Shown in pieces: positions 7,735 through 15,816 of a stretch of DNA of 19,757 nucleotides. The notes under the pieces were generated by a model. The model was given only the letters and a program-made list of their open reading frames with translations. It did not search any database and was not told where the DNA came from. Numbering within the stretch: position 1 is the stretch's first letter; every line of letters starts with the position of its first letter. Source of the stretch: an uncultured Comamonadaceae bacterium (lineage in GTDB: Bacteria > Pseudomonadota > Gammaproteobacteria > Burkholderiales > Burkholderiaceae_C); the NCBI GenBank assembly GCA_937868695.1, contig CALMMY010000464.1, positions 1 to 19,757 of the forward strand, written 5' to 3'. Both the position numbers and the translations under genes were made by a program.

Positions 7735-7774
7735 CCGCCTCCCACATTTCCCCATCACAGGAAGCGTTTCCACC

Positions 7775-8083
7775 ATGAAAACAATGAACCGAATACTGAT
7801 GAGCGGTCTTCTGGCACTGGCAGCCAGCGCGGCCCAGGCCGAAGTGGCCCAAGTCAAAGTGTGGGCTGCGGCCTGTGCCAACTGCCACGGCACCAATGGA
7901 TATGCCCAGCCAGGCCACGAATCCCTGGCAGGCAAAGACAAGGCCGACATCGCACAAAAAATGCTCGACTTCAAGGCAGGCCGCAAACCAGCCACGCTGA
8001 TGCACCAGATTTCCAAGGGATACAGCGACGAGCAAATCCAGGAAATTGCAGCCTACTTCGCTGCACAACCCAAAAAACAATGA
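7775..8083 (+). CDS. Class I monoheme cytochrome c, 102 aa. Probable cytochrome partner/acceptor of the adjacent flavoprotein (FccA/SoxE-like role).
   Basis: Signal peptide MKTMNRILMSGLLALAASAAQA. CANCHG heme motif. AGGAAG upstream of ATG 7775. The ORF-track frame began at a TTG 99 nt upstream, which I rejected. Stop TGA at 8081-8083, followed by a GGAG RBS for the next gene. Confidence 0.8.
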   Translation: MKTMNRILMSGLLALAASAAQAEVAQVKVWAAACANCHGTNGYAQPGHESLAGKDKADIAQKMLDFKAGRKPATLMHQISKGYSDEQIQEIAAYFAAQPKKQ

Positions 8084-8095
8084 GGAGCTGACCGC

Positions 8096-9382
8096 ATGAA
8101 ACGTCGTCAATTTGTACAAACGCTGGGTGCGGGTTCTGCACTGGGCGCTGCGGGCCTCATGAGCGGCTGTGCCACCACGGGTGGCGGAGCCAGCATTGGC
8201 AAAGTGGTGGTCATTGGCGGGGGCTACGGTGGAGCCACGGCGGCCAAATACCTGCGCCTGTTCTCCGAAGGCACCGTGGATGTGACCCTGGTCGAGCCGA
8301 ATGCCGCCTTTGTGTCCTGCCCCATTTCCAACCTGGTGGTGGGCGGCTACAAAACCATGGCCGACATCACCACGCCTTATGACAACCTGAGCAAACGCCA
8401 CGGCGTGAAGCTGGTCAAAGACATGGTCACCGCCATCGACCCCGACAAAAAAGTGGTCAAGCTGGCCAGCGGCGGCGAGTTGCCCTTTGACCGCGTGATC
8501 GTGTCGCCCGGCGTGGACTTCATGTACGACACCCTGCCCGGCCTGGCCTCTGCCGCAGCCAAAGACAAGGTGCTGCACGCCTGGAAAGCCGGCGCACAGA
8601 CGGTGGCCTTGCGCAAGCAGCTCGAAGCCATGCCCGATGGCGGTGTGTACGCACTGTCCATTCCCCGTGCGCCCTACCGCTGCCCACCCGGCCCCTACGA
8701 GCGTGCCTGCCTGGTCGCCAACTACTTCAAGGCCGCCAAGCCCAAGAGCAAAGTGGTGATTTTTGATGCCAACGACGACATCCAGTCCAAAAAAGGGCTG
8801 TTCATGAAGGCCTGGGCCGATCACTACAAAGGCATCATCGAATACCGCCCCAAGCACAACGTGGTGGATGTGGATGCCGCCACCAACACGCTGAAGTTCG
8901 AGTTCAACGACGACTTCAAAGCCAGCGTGGCCAACGTCATCCCCGACATGCGTGCGGGCGACATCGCTGTGAAAACCGGCCTGGCCACCGCCAACAAACG
9001 CTGGTGCGAAGTGGACTTCCTCAGTTTCGAGTCCATCGCGGTCAAAAACGTGCATGTGCTGGGCGACTCCATCCAGATCGCGCCCGGCATGCCCAAGTCA
9101 GGCCACATGGCCAACCAGCATGGCAAGGTGTGTGCTGCTGCGGTGGTCAATCTGCTGCAAGGCAAAGCCCCACCATCGTTGCCCATCTACGCCAACACCT
9201 GCTACAGCTTCGTGACCGATGAAGACGTGGTGCATGTGGCCAGCGTTCACCGCTACGACGCAGAAAAGAAAACCATGCTGACCGTTCCCGGTTCAGGTGG
9301 CGTGTCTGTGGCGGCCAGCGAGCTGGAAGGCCGCTACGCCCACGCCTGGGCGCGCAACATCTGGGCCGATTCACTGGCATAA
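8096..9382 (+). CDS. fccB: Flavocytochrome c sulfide dehydrogenase flavoprotein subunit (FccB/SoxF-like, FAD-dependent pyridine nucleotide-disulfide oxidoreductase fold), 428 aa.
   Basis: Tat signal MKRRQFVQTLGAGSALGAAGLMSG. Rossmann FAD motif VVVIGGGYGGATAAKYL. Conserved Cys in AFVSCPISN, the position of covalent FAD attachment in FccB. Redox-active Cys pair region RCPPGPYERAC. Confidence 0.88.
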   Translation: MKRRQFVQTLGAGSALGAAGLMSGCATTGGGASIGKVVVIGGGYGGATAAKYLRLFSEGTVDVTLVEPNAAFVSCPISNLVVGGYKTMADITTPYDNLSKRHGVKLVKDMVTAIDPDKKVVKLASGGELPFDRVIVSPGVDFMYDTLPGLASAAAKDKVLHAWKAGAQTVALRKQLEAMPDGGVYALSIPRAPYRCPPGPYERACLVANYFKAAKPKSKVVIFDANDDIQSKKGLFMKAWADHYKGIIEYRPKHNVVDVDAATNTLKFEFNDDFKASVANVIPDMRAGDIAVKTGLATANKRWCEVDFLSFESIAVKNVHVLGDSIQIAPGMPKSGHMANQHGKVCAAAVVNLLQGKAPPSLPIYANTCYSFVTDEDVVHVASVHRYDAEKKTMLTVPGSGGVSVAASELEGRYAHAWARNIWADSLA

Positions 9383-9442
9383 GCAGGCTGGCCCAGTTCA
9401 CACGCATTCCATCAGCATCCAGTTTCAGTCAAAGGCCAGGAA

Positions 9443-10066
9443 GTGAGTCATTCAAGTTTTATCAGCCGCACGGTCATCGTCGGTTTGACATCGTTGGTTG
9501 CCTTGGGTTGGAGCGCCAGCTCCTGGGCACAGGCCGATGAGGCACGCGCCAAAAAAATTGCCGGTGGTTCATGCTTTCTGTGCCACGGCGCACAGGGCGA
9601 ATCCACCAGCGAAATTTTTCCCCGCCTGGCGGGCCAGAATGCCGCCTACGTGGCCAAGCAGCTGCTGGCGTTTCAGACAGGTGCCCGCAAAAGCACGGCC
9701 ATGGCCGACATGACCGCCAAGCTGACACCCGATGAAATGATGGCACTGGGTCGTTACTACCAGAAGATGGAACTGCCGCGCGAAGAGCCGAAAGAACCCC
9801 AACTGGCGGCAATGGGCCACTACATCTACCACAACGGCAACAAGTTCAGCGGTGTGCCCGCTTGCGCGGCCTGCCACGGCGTGACCGCAGAAGGGGCCGA
9901 CAACCTGCCCCGCCTGGGCAGGCAAATTGCGGGCTATCTGGAGAACCAGCTCAAGCTGTTCAACAAGCGCGACCGCACCAACGACAACGCGGTGATGCAC
10001 ATGGTGGCCGAAAAAATGACCCCGCTTGAAATGCACGCTGTGGCGGAATACCTCAGCGGCAAATAA
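9443..10066 (+). CDS. Diheme cytochrome c4-type protein, 207 aa.
   Basis: Two CxxCH motifs (CFLCHG, CAACHG), one in each half. Signal peptide ...LVALGWSASSWAQA. GTG start at 9443 with AAAGG/AGGAA upstream. Stop TAA at 10064-10066. Confidence 0.78.
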   Translation: MSHSSFISRTVIVGLTSLVALGWSASSWAQADEARAKKIAGGSCFLCHGAQGESTSEIFPRLAGQNAAYVAKQLLAFQTGARKSTAMADMTAKLTPDEMMALGRYYQKMELPREEPKEPQLAAMGHYIYHNGNKFSGVPACAACHGVTAEGADNLPRLGRQIAGYLENQLKLFNKRDRTNDNAVMHMVAEKMTPLEMHAVAEYLSGK

Positions 10067-10100
10067 CGCGATCTGAACTTCAAAACTGTGTGAAGCCTTC

Positions 10101-10132
10101 GGGGCCATGCCAACGCGGCATGGCCCTTTTTT
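10101..10132 (+). terminator. Rho-independent terminator: stem GGGGCCATGCC, loop aacgc, closing arm GGCATGGCCC, then TTTTTT.
   Basis: Perfect 10-11 bp GC-rich stem followed by a 6-T run at 10127-10132, 35 nt after the c4 stop. It lies in the 73-bp convergent gap before the pgk stop at 10140. Confidence 0.65.
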
Positions 10133-10139
10133 CATGGCA

Positions 10140-11333
10140 TCAGCCTGCGCGGCGGGCCAGCACTTCGAAGGCGGGCAGGGTCTTGCCTTCCAGCACTTCC
10201 AGGAAGGCACCGCCGCCGGTGCTGATGTAGCCCACTTGCTTTTCAATGCCGTACTTGGCAATGGCCGCCAGCGTGTCGCCACCACCGGCGATGCTGAAGC
10301 CCGCGCTGTCGGCAATGGCCTGGGCTATTCCCCTGGTGCCGTTTTCGAACTTGGCGAACTCGAACACGCCCACGGGGCCGTTCCAGACGATGGTGCCGGC
10401 CTTCATCAGCTGCGCGGCCAGCTTGGCAGCGGTTTCGGGGCCGATGTCCAGAATCAGGTCGTCATCGGCCACATCGGTGGCGGCCTTGACGGTGGCTTCA
10501 GCGTCGGGGCTGAAGGCTTTGGCGCACACCACGTCGGTGGGAATCGGCACCTCTGCACCACGTGCTTTCATGGCCTCGATCACGGCCTTGGCTTCACCCA
10601 CCAGGTCGGGTTCGGCCAGGCTCTTGCCGATGCTCAGGCCCGCAGCCAGCATGAAGGTGTTGGCGATGCCGCCGCCGACGATCAGGCCATCAACCTTGCT
10701 GGAGAGGGCTTGCAGGATGGTGAGCTTGGTGCTGACTTTGCTGCCCGCCACGATGGCGATCAGTGGGCGCTGTGGGTTGGCCAGGGCTTTGCCGATGGCA
10801 TCCATTTCAGCGGCCAGCAGTGGGCCTGCGCAGGCGATGGGTGCGGTTTCGGCGATGCCGTAGGTGGTGCCTTCTGCGCGGTGGGCGGTGCCAAAGGCAT
10901 CGTGGACGAAGATGTCGCACAGCTTGCCCAGCTTTTCGGCCAGTTCGGGTTTGTTTTTCTTCTCGCCTTTGTTCAGGCGGCAGTTTTCGAGCATGACGAC
11001 TTCGCCGGGGGCGACGCTGAAGTTGCCGTCCACCCAGTCGGCCACCAGGCGCACGGGTGCGCCCAGCAGTTCGCTCATGCGGGCGGCCACGGGGGCCAGG
11101 CTGTCTTCGGGCTTGAACTCGCCTTCGGTGGGGCGGCCCAGGTGGCTGGTCACCATGACGGCGGCACCGGCTTCCAGTGCCATCTTCACGGCGGGAATGC
11201 TGGCGCGGATGCGGGTGTCTTCGGTGATCTCACCGGCATCGTTCTGCGGTACGTTCAGGTCGGCGCGGATGAACACGCGCTTGCCCGCAGCCTGACCGCT
11301 GGCGATGACATCGGAAAAACGGATGAATTTCAT
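10140..11333 (-). CDS. pgk: Phosphoglycerate kinase, copy 1, 397 aa.
   Basis: N-terminus [29 protein letters not shown] is the classic PGK N-terminal substrate-binding motif. Full-length PGK fold motifs are present (e.g. GGGDT... region, GGGAFLE). AAGGAG RBS 7 nt before ATG 11333. Stop TGA at 10142-10140. Confidence 0.93.
   Translation of the reverse strand: MKFIRFSDVIASGQAAGKRVFIRADLNVPQNDAGEITEDTRIRASIPAVKMALEAGAAVMVTSHLGRPTEGEFKPEDSLAPVAARMSELLGAPVRLVADWVDGNFSVAPGEVVMLENCRLNKGEKKNKPELAEKLGKLCDIFVHDAFGTAHRAEGTTYGIAETAPIACAGPLLAAEMDAIGKALANPQRPLIAIVAGSKVSTKLTILQALSSKVDGLIVGGGIANTFMLAAGLSIGKSLAEPDLVGEAKAVIEAMKARGAEVPIPTDVVCAKAFSPDAEATVKAATDVADDDLILDIGPETAAKLAAQLMKAGTIVWNGPVGVFEFAKFENGTRGIAQAIADSAGFSIAGGGDTLAAIAKYGIEKQVGYISTGGGAFLEVLEGKTLPAFEVLARRAG
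10140..11333 (-). repeat. Direct repeat copy A, the whole pgk CDS. It differs from copy B at 9 positions, all within the terminal 132 nt and 84 nt.
   Basis: By-eye alignment with 18479-19672 finds mismatches only at 10146, 10176, 10178 and three more sites up to 10271, then at 11250, 11295 and 11304. Positions 10272-11249 are identical. The flanking sequence outside the CDS is unrelated. Confidence 0.85.
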
Positions 11334-11366
11334 GGTTTAGCTCCTTGGTGTTGTGAAAAACGATCA

Positions 11367-11395
11367 AACAATGATTGGAATACCCCGATTGTCAA
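11367..11395 (-). promoter_or_regulatory. Candidate promoter for pgk copy 1: perfect -35 TTGACA (11395-11390), 17-nt spacer, weak -10 ATTGTT (11372-11367).
   Basis: Read on the minus strand within the 83-bp gap between the HK stop and the pgk ATG. The -10 is poor, so this is tentative. Confidence 0.25.
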
Positions 11396-11416
11396 CCCTC
11401 AGCCTGACGACAGCAC

Positions 11417-13498
11417 TCAGCCCAGCACGGGCAGGCACAGGCTGAAGCTGACTCCATCGGCCTGGTTGCTGGCGGTGATGGTGCCGCCCATCTTGGCCAT
11501 GTAGGTTTTGGCCACAAACAAGCCCTGCCCCCGGCTGCCTGCCGCTGCCGCATCGGGCTGGTCTGACACGCCGTACTCGAAGATTTTTTCCAGCATATCG
11601 GCGGGAATGAGTGGCCCGTGGTTGTGGATGGTGACGGTGGCATGGTGCCCGTCGGTGGCCAGGCGCAGCGTGATGGCAGTGCCGGGGCTGCGGTGGCGCT
11701 CGGCATTGGCCAGCAGGTGGCCGAACACATCTTCCAGCGGGTATTCGTCGGCCCGCACCCAGACGGGCTGGTTGCAGCCACTGCACACCACATCGGCAAT
11801 GCCCGCGTTCTCGGCCACGTTGCGCACAAACCTGGCCAGATCCACGGCGGCCACCTCGAACTGGCTGCGCTCAAACGCTTCGCTGGGGCTGGCGCTGCCG
11901 TAGAGCACGCGCACCGCCTGCTGCATGCGGCTGATGTAGCGGTGGCTGGGATCATCGGCCTGGCCGTGCAGGGCCAGCAGGCTTTGCAGCGGCGACATGA
12001 TTTCGTGGCCCACGGCGTGCCACATGTCTTTTTCCTGCCCGGCGCGGATTTTTTCGCGCCCGGCATCCTCGCGCACCCGGCGCAGCAGCTCGTTGAGCGC
12101 GGTGGCCAGCAAGCCCAGCTCGTCATGGCCGCGCAGGTCGGCCAGCTGGTAGCGCTCCAGCCCGCCCTCGGTCTGCACCGATTGCGACAGCCCCCGCGTG
12201 CGCCGCGTCAGGCGGGCAATGCGGTGGATCAGCCCCACCTCGATCACCAGCCAGGCCAGCGCGATGGCCCCCAGCATGGCCCCCACAAACCACGACAGGC
12301 GCGTGGCCACCACCGACAGCGTCTGGTTGACGCTGCGGGCATCGCCGCGCAGTTGCAGCTCGTAACTGCCCAGCGGCGTGCTGATGACCTCGTTCAGCGC
12401 CACCTCCGGGGTGTCGATCTGCTGGACCGGCAGCTTCAGGATGAGGCGGGTGAGCAGGGGCGACGAGGTTTCGTGCGCCTCGTCACGCCCGGCAATGCGG
12501 GCAATCTCCTGTGCTGCGCCCGGTGTGCCGCCGTGACGGCGGATCACCAGACTTTCACCGGGTAGCAGCAGACCGGCCAGCTGGTCCAGCGCAAAGGGAG
12601 CCAGGCCATCGGTGCGCTGGCTGTCGAACAGCGCTGGCCCGTCGCCGGGCGGCAGCGCCTCGATGCGCACCTCGAACTGATCCAGATCGGGCGGCGGCCA
12701 CACCGGCCTGGCCTGCTGGAACAGGGCCTCGCGCAGCGCCTCAACGGGCAGGCGCAGCGAGAAAAAGGCTTTTTTCGGGCAGCTGTCGCGGTCGGTAGCC
12801 TCAGCGTCTGCGCACGCCCCGCTCTGCCACACCCAGCCACGGAACTCGCGCACCGGGCGGGTACCGGTGTAGTCGCGGCCAGGCAACTCGGCATAGCCGG
12901 TGAAGCGGCCACGCAAGCCCTCGTTGCGGGCATTGGCCGCTGCGGGCAAGGCCTCGAACGGGGCCAGCCACTGCCAGCTCTGCCCGCGCAGGCTGACGCG
13001 CACACGCAGGCGGTGGGCCGTGTCCAGAAACTCGTCGCCGATGCGGTGGGCTTGCAGCGGCCCGCTGGCAAAGGTACCGGCGGCGTAGATGAAACCACCA
13101 GCCCAGGGGTTGTTGCCAATAGCCACGCACAGACTGGCATCGCCGGGGTAATGCACCAGGCAACCCGACATTTCAATGGCGCTGCGCACCTTGCTCTGGT
13201 CATCGAAATCGAGGGCCGCGTACGGCAGCACCACCGGGCGGCCACGCGCTGCCGCCGCCAGGTTCCAGCCGGGGTTGAGCAGCGCCAGCTGGCCCGCCGG
13301 GTGGTGCAGCCGGGCCAGAATCTGCTCGCGGGTTTTGTCCAGGCTGTGGCGGTAGTTGTCGTAGCTGCGCTGCTTTTCTTCCTGCAACACCGTCACCGTC
13401 ATGGCCAGCACCGTCAGCGCCAGCAGCAGAAACGCCGTGCGTAGCAGGATGCGCAGCCGGAACGAGGCCAGCCAGGCCAGCAGCGCCCTGGCCGTCAT
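11417..13498 (-). CDS. Sensor histidine kinase, 693 aa. It has two TM helices flanking a periplasmic domain of about 360 aa with no family I can recognise, then HAMP-like, HisKA and HATPase_c domains.
   Basis: TM1 LLRTAFLLLALTVLAMTVTVL. TM2 LSWFVGAMLGAIALAWLVIEVGLI. H-box MWHAVGHEIMSPLQSL. ATPase G-box ...GQGLFVAKTYMAKMGGTI. The ATG overlaps the RR stop (ATGA). Confidence 0.85.
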   Translation of the reverse strand: MTARALLAWLASFRLRILLRTAFLLLALTVLAMTVTVLQEEKQRSYDNYRHSLDKTREQILARLHHPAGQLALLNPGWNLAAAARGRPVVLPYAALDFDDQSKVRSAIEMSGCLVHYPGDASLCVAIGNNPWAGGFIYAAGTFASGPLQAHRIGDEFLDTAHRLRVRVSLRGQSWQWLAPFEALPAAANARNEGLRGRFTGYAELPGRDYTGTRPVREFRGWVWQSGACADAEATDRDSCPKKAFFSLRLPVEALREALFQQARPVWPPPDLDQFEVRIEALPPGDGPALFDSQRTDGLAPFALDQLAGLLLPGESLVIRRHGGTPGAAQEIARIAGRDEAHETSSPLLTRLILKLPVQQIDTPEVALNEVISTPLGSYELQLRGDARSVNQTLSVVATRLSWFVGAMLGAIALAWLVIEVGLIHRIARLTRRTRGLSQSVQTEGGLERYQLADLRGHDELGLLATALNELLRRVREDAGREKIRAGQEKDMWHAVGHEIMSPLQSLLALHGQADDPSHRYISRMQQAVRVLYGSASPSEAFERSQFEVAAVDLARFVRNVAENAGIADVVCSGCNQPVWVRADEYPLEDVFGHLLANAERHRSPGTAITLRLATDGHHATVTIHNHGPLIPADMLEKIFEYGVSDQPDAAAAGSRGQGLFVAKTYMAKMGGTITASNQADGVSFSLCLPVLG

Positions 13499-14199
13499 CG
13501 ACCGCTGCCCTCCACCCAGCGGAAACCGCGCATGGGCACGTTTTCGATGCGGTCAAAGTGTTCGTCCAGCTCGCGGAAAGCCTCGCGGATGGTGCTGATG
13601 TGCTTGCGGATGTTGTCGCGGTTGCGCCCGCTTTTGACCACGGCAAACAGCTCGTCGTAAGACACCACCTCGCCCCGGCGCTGGTACAGGGTGGACAGGA
13701 TGCGCTGCGCCGTCAGCGGCAGGTTGACCCGCTTGCCGCACCACAGCGGCGTGCTCTGGCGCAGGGGGTCAAGGGCCAGCTCGTGGGCGGCGGGCTCGGG
13801 GTGGCGGGGGGGGCTGCGCTCGCGCCCGGCACGCAGGATTTCGAGGAATGTCTCGATGAAGTCGGCCTCCTCGAAGGCGGTTTTTTGCAGGTAATCCCAG
13901 GCATCCAGCGCTTTCATGATGCTGCGGTAGATGGCCGCCGGCATGGCCGACACCACCAGCACCGGCGTGCCGCGCCCGGTCTTGTTGATGGCGTTGATGA
14001 TGGCCACGCCCGCGTGGCGCTCGCGCCCCAGCTCGATGTCCAGCGTCACCAGCGCGTAATCCTCACGGCCAATGGCGGCCTCGGCATCGTCGCGGTTGAA
14101 CCACTGATCCACCACGATGCCGGGCCGGGCGGACTCGATCCAGTGCTTCAGCTGGTTGCTGGTGGGAATGTCGTCCTCGATGACGGCAACTCGGGTCAT
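13495..14199 (-). CDS. OmpR/PhoB-family response regulator (REC plus winged-helix Trans_reg_C), 234 aa.
   Basis: True start MTRVAVIEDD at ATG 14199 with AAGGAG RBS. Phospho-acceptor context VTLDIEL. Conserved K in MKALDAWDYLQK. C-terminal wHTH LTAQRILSTLYQRRGEVVSYDELFAVV...IENVPMRGFRWV. The ORF-track frame extended 28 codons upstream, which I rejected. Confidence 0.85.
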   Translation of the reverse strand: MTRVAVIEDDIPTSNQLKHWIESARPGIVVDQWFNRDDAEAAIGREDYALVTLDIELGRERHAGVAIINAINKTGRGTPVLVVSAMPAAIYRSIMKALDAWDYLQKTAFEEADFIETFLEILRAGRERSPPRHPEPAAHELALDPLRQSTPLWCGKRVNLPLTAQRILSTLYQRRGEVVSYDELFAVVKSGRNRDNIRKHISTIREAFRELDEHFDRIENVPMRGFRWVEGSGR

Positions 14200-14489
14200 G
14201 GGCAGCTCCTTGAGGGCATCTCGGGGGCCTCTCGTGCAGGCGAGACGGCGGGTCGGTCGGCAAAGTATCCCGGTTTTTGCCACCCGGCAGCGGTGGCCGG
14301 TGTGAGTGTTTCTTCACGCCCGTGAAGCGTCTGGCAGTGCGGCGAACCAAAGTCGCCTCGCGGCGGCATGGCTTGCTCCGGCCCTCCCGTCGCACCATGA
14401 CAGCCATGCCAACGCACTGGTTGCCACCGTCTTCCGACCAGCGCCCAGACGATGCCAACCAACCGAAGACACCTCAACCGGAGAACACC

Positions 14490-15773
14490 ATGAGCGAACG
14501 TTTTGAACACATCCTGAACACCCTGGGCCACGGGCTCAGCCGCAGCGGCCAGGCCCTTGGCAGCGGAGCCATCACCGTTGGCCGAACCATCCACGGCGCA
14601 CGCCGCAGCCTGATTGCCATCGCCGTGGTGGGCCTGTGCGGCTATGCCGCCTACCGGCACCCGCCCATGCAGGGTGTGGAGCGCGGCGAGGTGGCTGTGC
14701 GCATCAACCAGCTCACTGGCAACAGCGCCGAAATGCGCGAAGGCGCGGTGCTGGTCATCCCCGGCCTGCACGAGCTGCGCCGCTTCAGCCTGCGCGACCA
14801 GGTGTACCGCCCCGAGGCAGGCCAGGAAGCCCCGTTCCAGAGCATCGAAGGCCTGTCGCTGGGCGTGGACGTGACGGTGCGCTACGCACTGGACCCGGCC
14901 CGCATTGCCGCCGTGGCCCGCAACCTGCCCGACGACATCGGCCACCAGGTGGTGGAGCCCGCCGTGCAGGGCGTGCTGTACAAAACCTTCTCGCGCTACA
15001 CGGTGCGCGAGATTTTTTCAGCCAAGCGCCAGGAAATCCGCGACAGCATCGAAGCCGAAGTGCGCACCGCCCTCGACCGGGACGGCATCCGGCTCCAGGC
15101 CGTGCTGATTGGGCGGGTCGATCTGCCTGACGACTACCGCGCCGGCATGGACAGGATGCTGGCCGAAGAACTGTCGAGCGAAAAGATGCGCTACACGCTG
15201 GATCTGAAAGAAAAGCAAGTCAAGCAAAGCGATCTGGAAGGCGAAGCCGACAAGGTGCGCCGCGAAAAGGCCGCAGAAGCCGCAGGCCAGGAACAGATCA
15301 TTGCCGCCAAGGCCCAGGCCGAGGCCATGAAGCACATCCTGCCCTTCAAGCAAAAGCAGATCGAGCAGCGCGGCCTGGAGGCCGAGGCAGAAAAGGTGGC
15401 CCGCATCAAGAGCGCCGAAGCCAATGCCCAGGCCCGCCAGATCGAGGCCGTGGGCGAGGCCGAATCGCGCCGCAAGCTGGCCGATGCCGAAGCCTACCGC
15501 CAGGAACGCCTGGGCAAGATTGCCAGCGAGCAGCTGGCCCGCGATGGCGCACTTATCCAGCACAACCCGCTGCTGATCCAGAAGGCCATGGCCGACAAGC
15601 TGTCGGACAAGATCTCCGTGATCATCGCACCCACCCCCACCGATGGCGGCTTCATCGGTGCGGCCCTGCTGGGTACCAAGGCCACACCGCCCACACCGAC
15701 CGCCCAGCCACAGATGCCCATGCAGCCCCTGCTGCCCGCAGATGGCACCGACAACGGCCAGACCGAGCAGTGA
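14490..15773 (+). CDS. SPFH/band-7 (prohibitin/flotillin-like) membrane protein, 427 aa.
   Basis: GGAGAA RBS before ATG 14490 (MSERFEHIL...). N-terminal TM SLIAIAVVGLCGYAAY. SPFH core. A long Glu/Ala-rich coiled coil carries two tandem 36-aa repeats (DLEGEADKVRREKAAEAAGQEQIIAAKAQAEAMKHI and GLEAEAEKVARIKSAEANAQARQIEAVGEAESRRKL). Pro/Thr-rich tail. The ORF-track frame began 71 codons upstream with no SD. Confidence 0.85.
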   Translation: MSERFEHILNTLGHGLSRSGQALGSGAITVGRTIHGARRSLIAIAVVGLCGYAAYRHPPMQGVERGEVAVRINQLTGNSAEMREGAVLVIPGLHELRRFSLRDQVYRPEAGQEAPFQSIEGLSLGVDVTVRYALDPARIAAVARNLPDDIGHQVVEPAVQGVLYKTFSRYTVREIFSAKRQEIRDSIEAEVRTALDRDGIRLQAVLIGRVDLPDDYRAGMDRMLAEELSSEKMRYTLDLKEKQVKQSDLEGEADKVRREKAAEAAGQEQIIAAKAQAEAMKHILPFKQKQIEQRGLEAEAEKVARIKSAEANAQARQIEAVGEAESRRKLADAEAYRQERLGKIASEQLARDGALIQHNPLLIQKAMADKLSDKISVIIAPTPTDGGFIGAALLGTKATPPTPTAQPQMPMQPLLPADGTDNGQTEQ

Positions 15774-15816
15774 GCCTGCACACCCGTACCGCACCCGACT
15801 GCTGAAAGGACACACC

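Noticed and set aside
14277-14489. An N-terminal extension of the SPFH protein from upstream in-frame ATGs (MPPGSGG... / MTAMPTHW...).
   Set aside because: It has no SD and is Pro/Arg-rich low complexity. It would place the RR promoter inside a CDS. MSERF at 14490 has a GGAGAA RBS.
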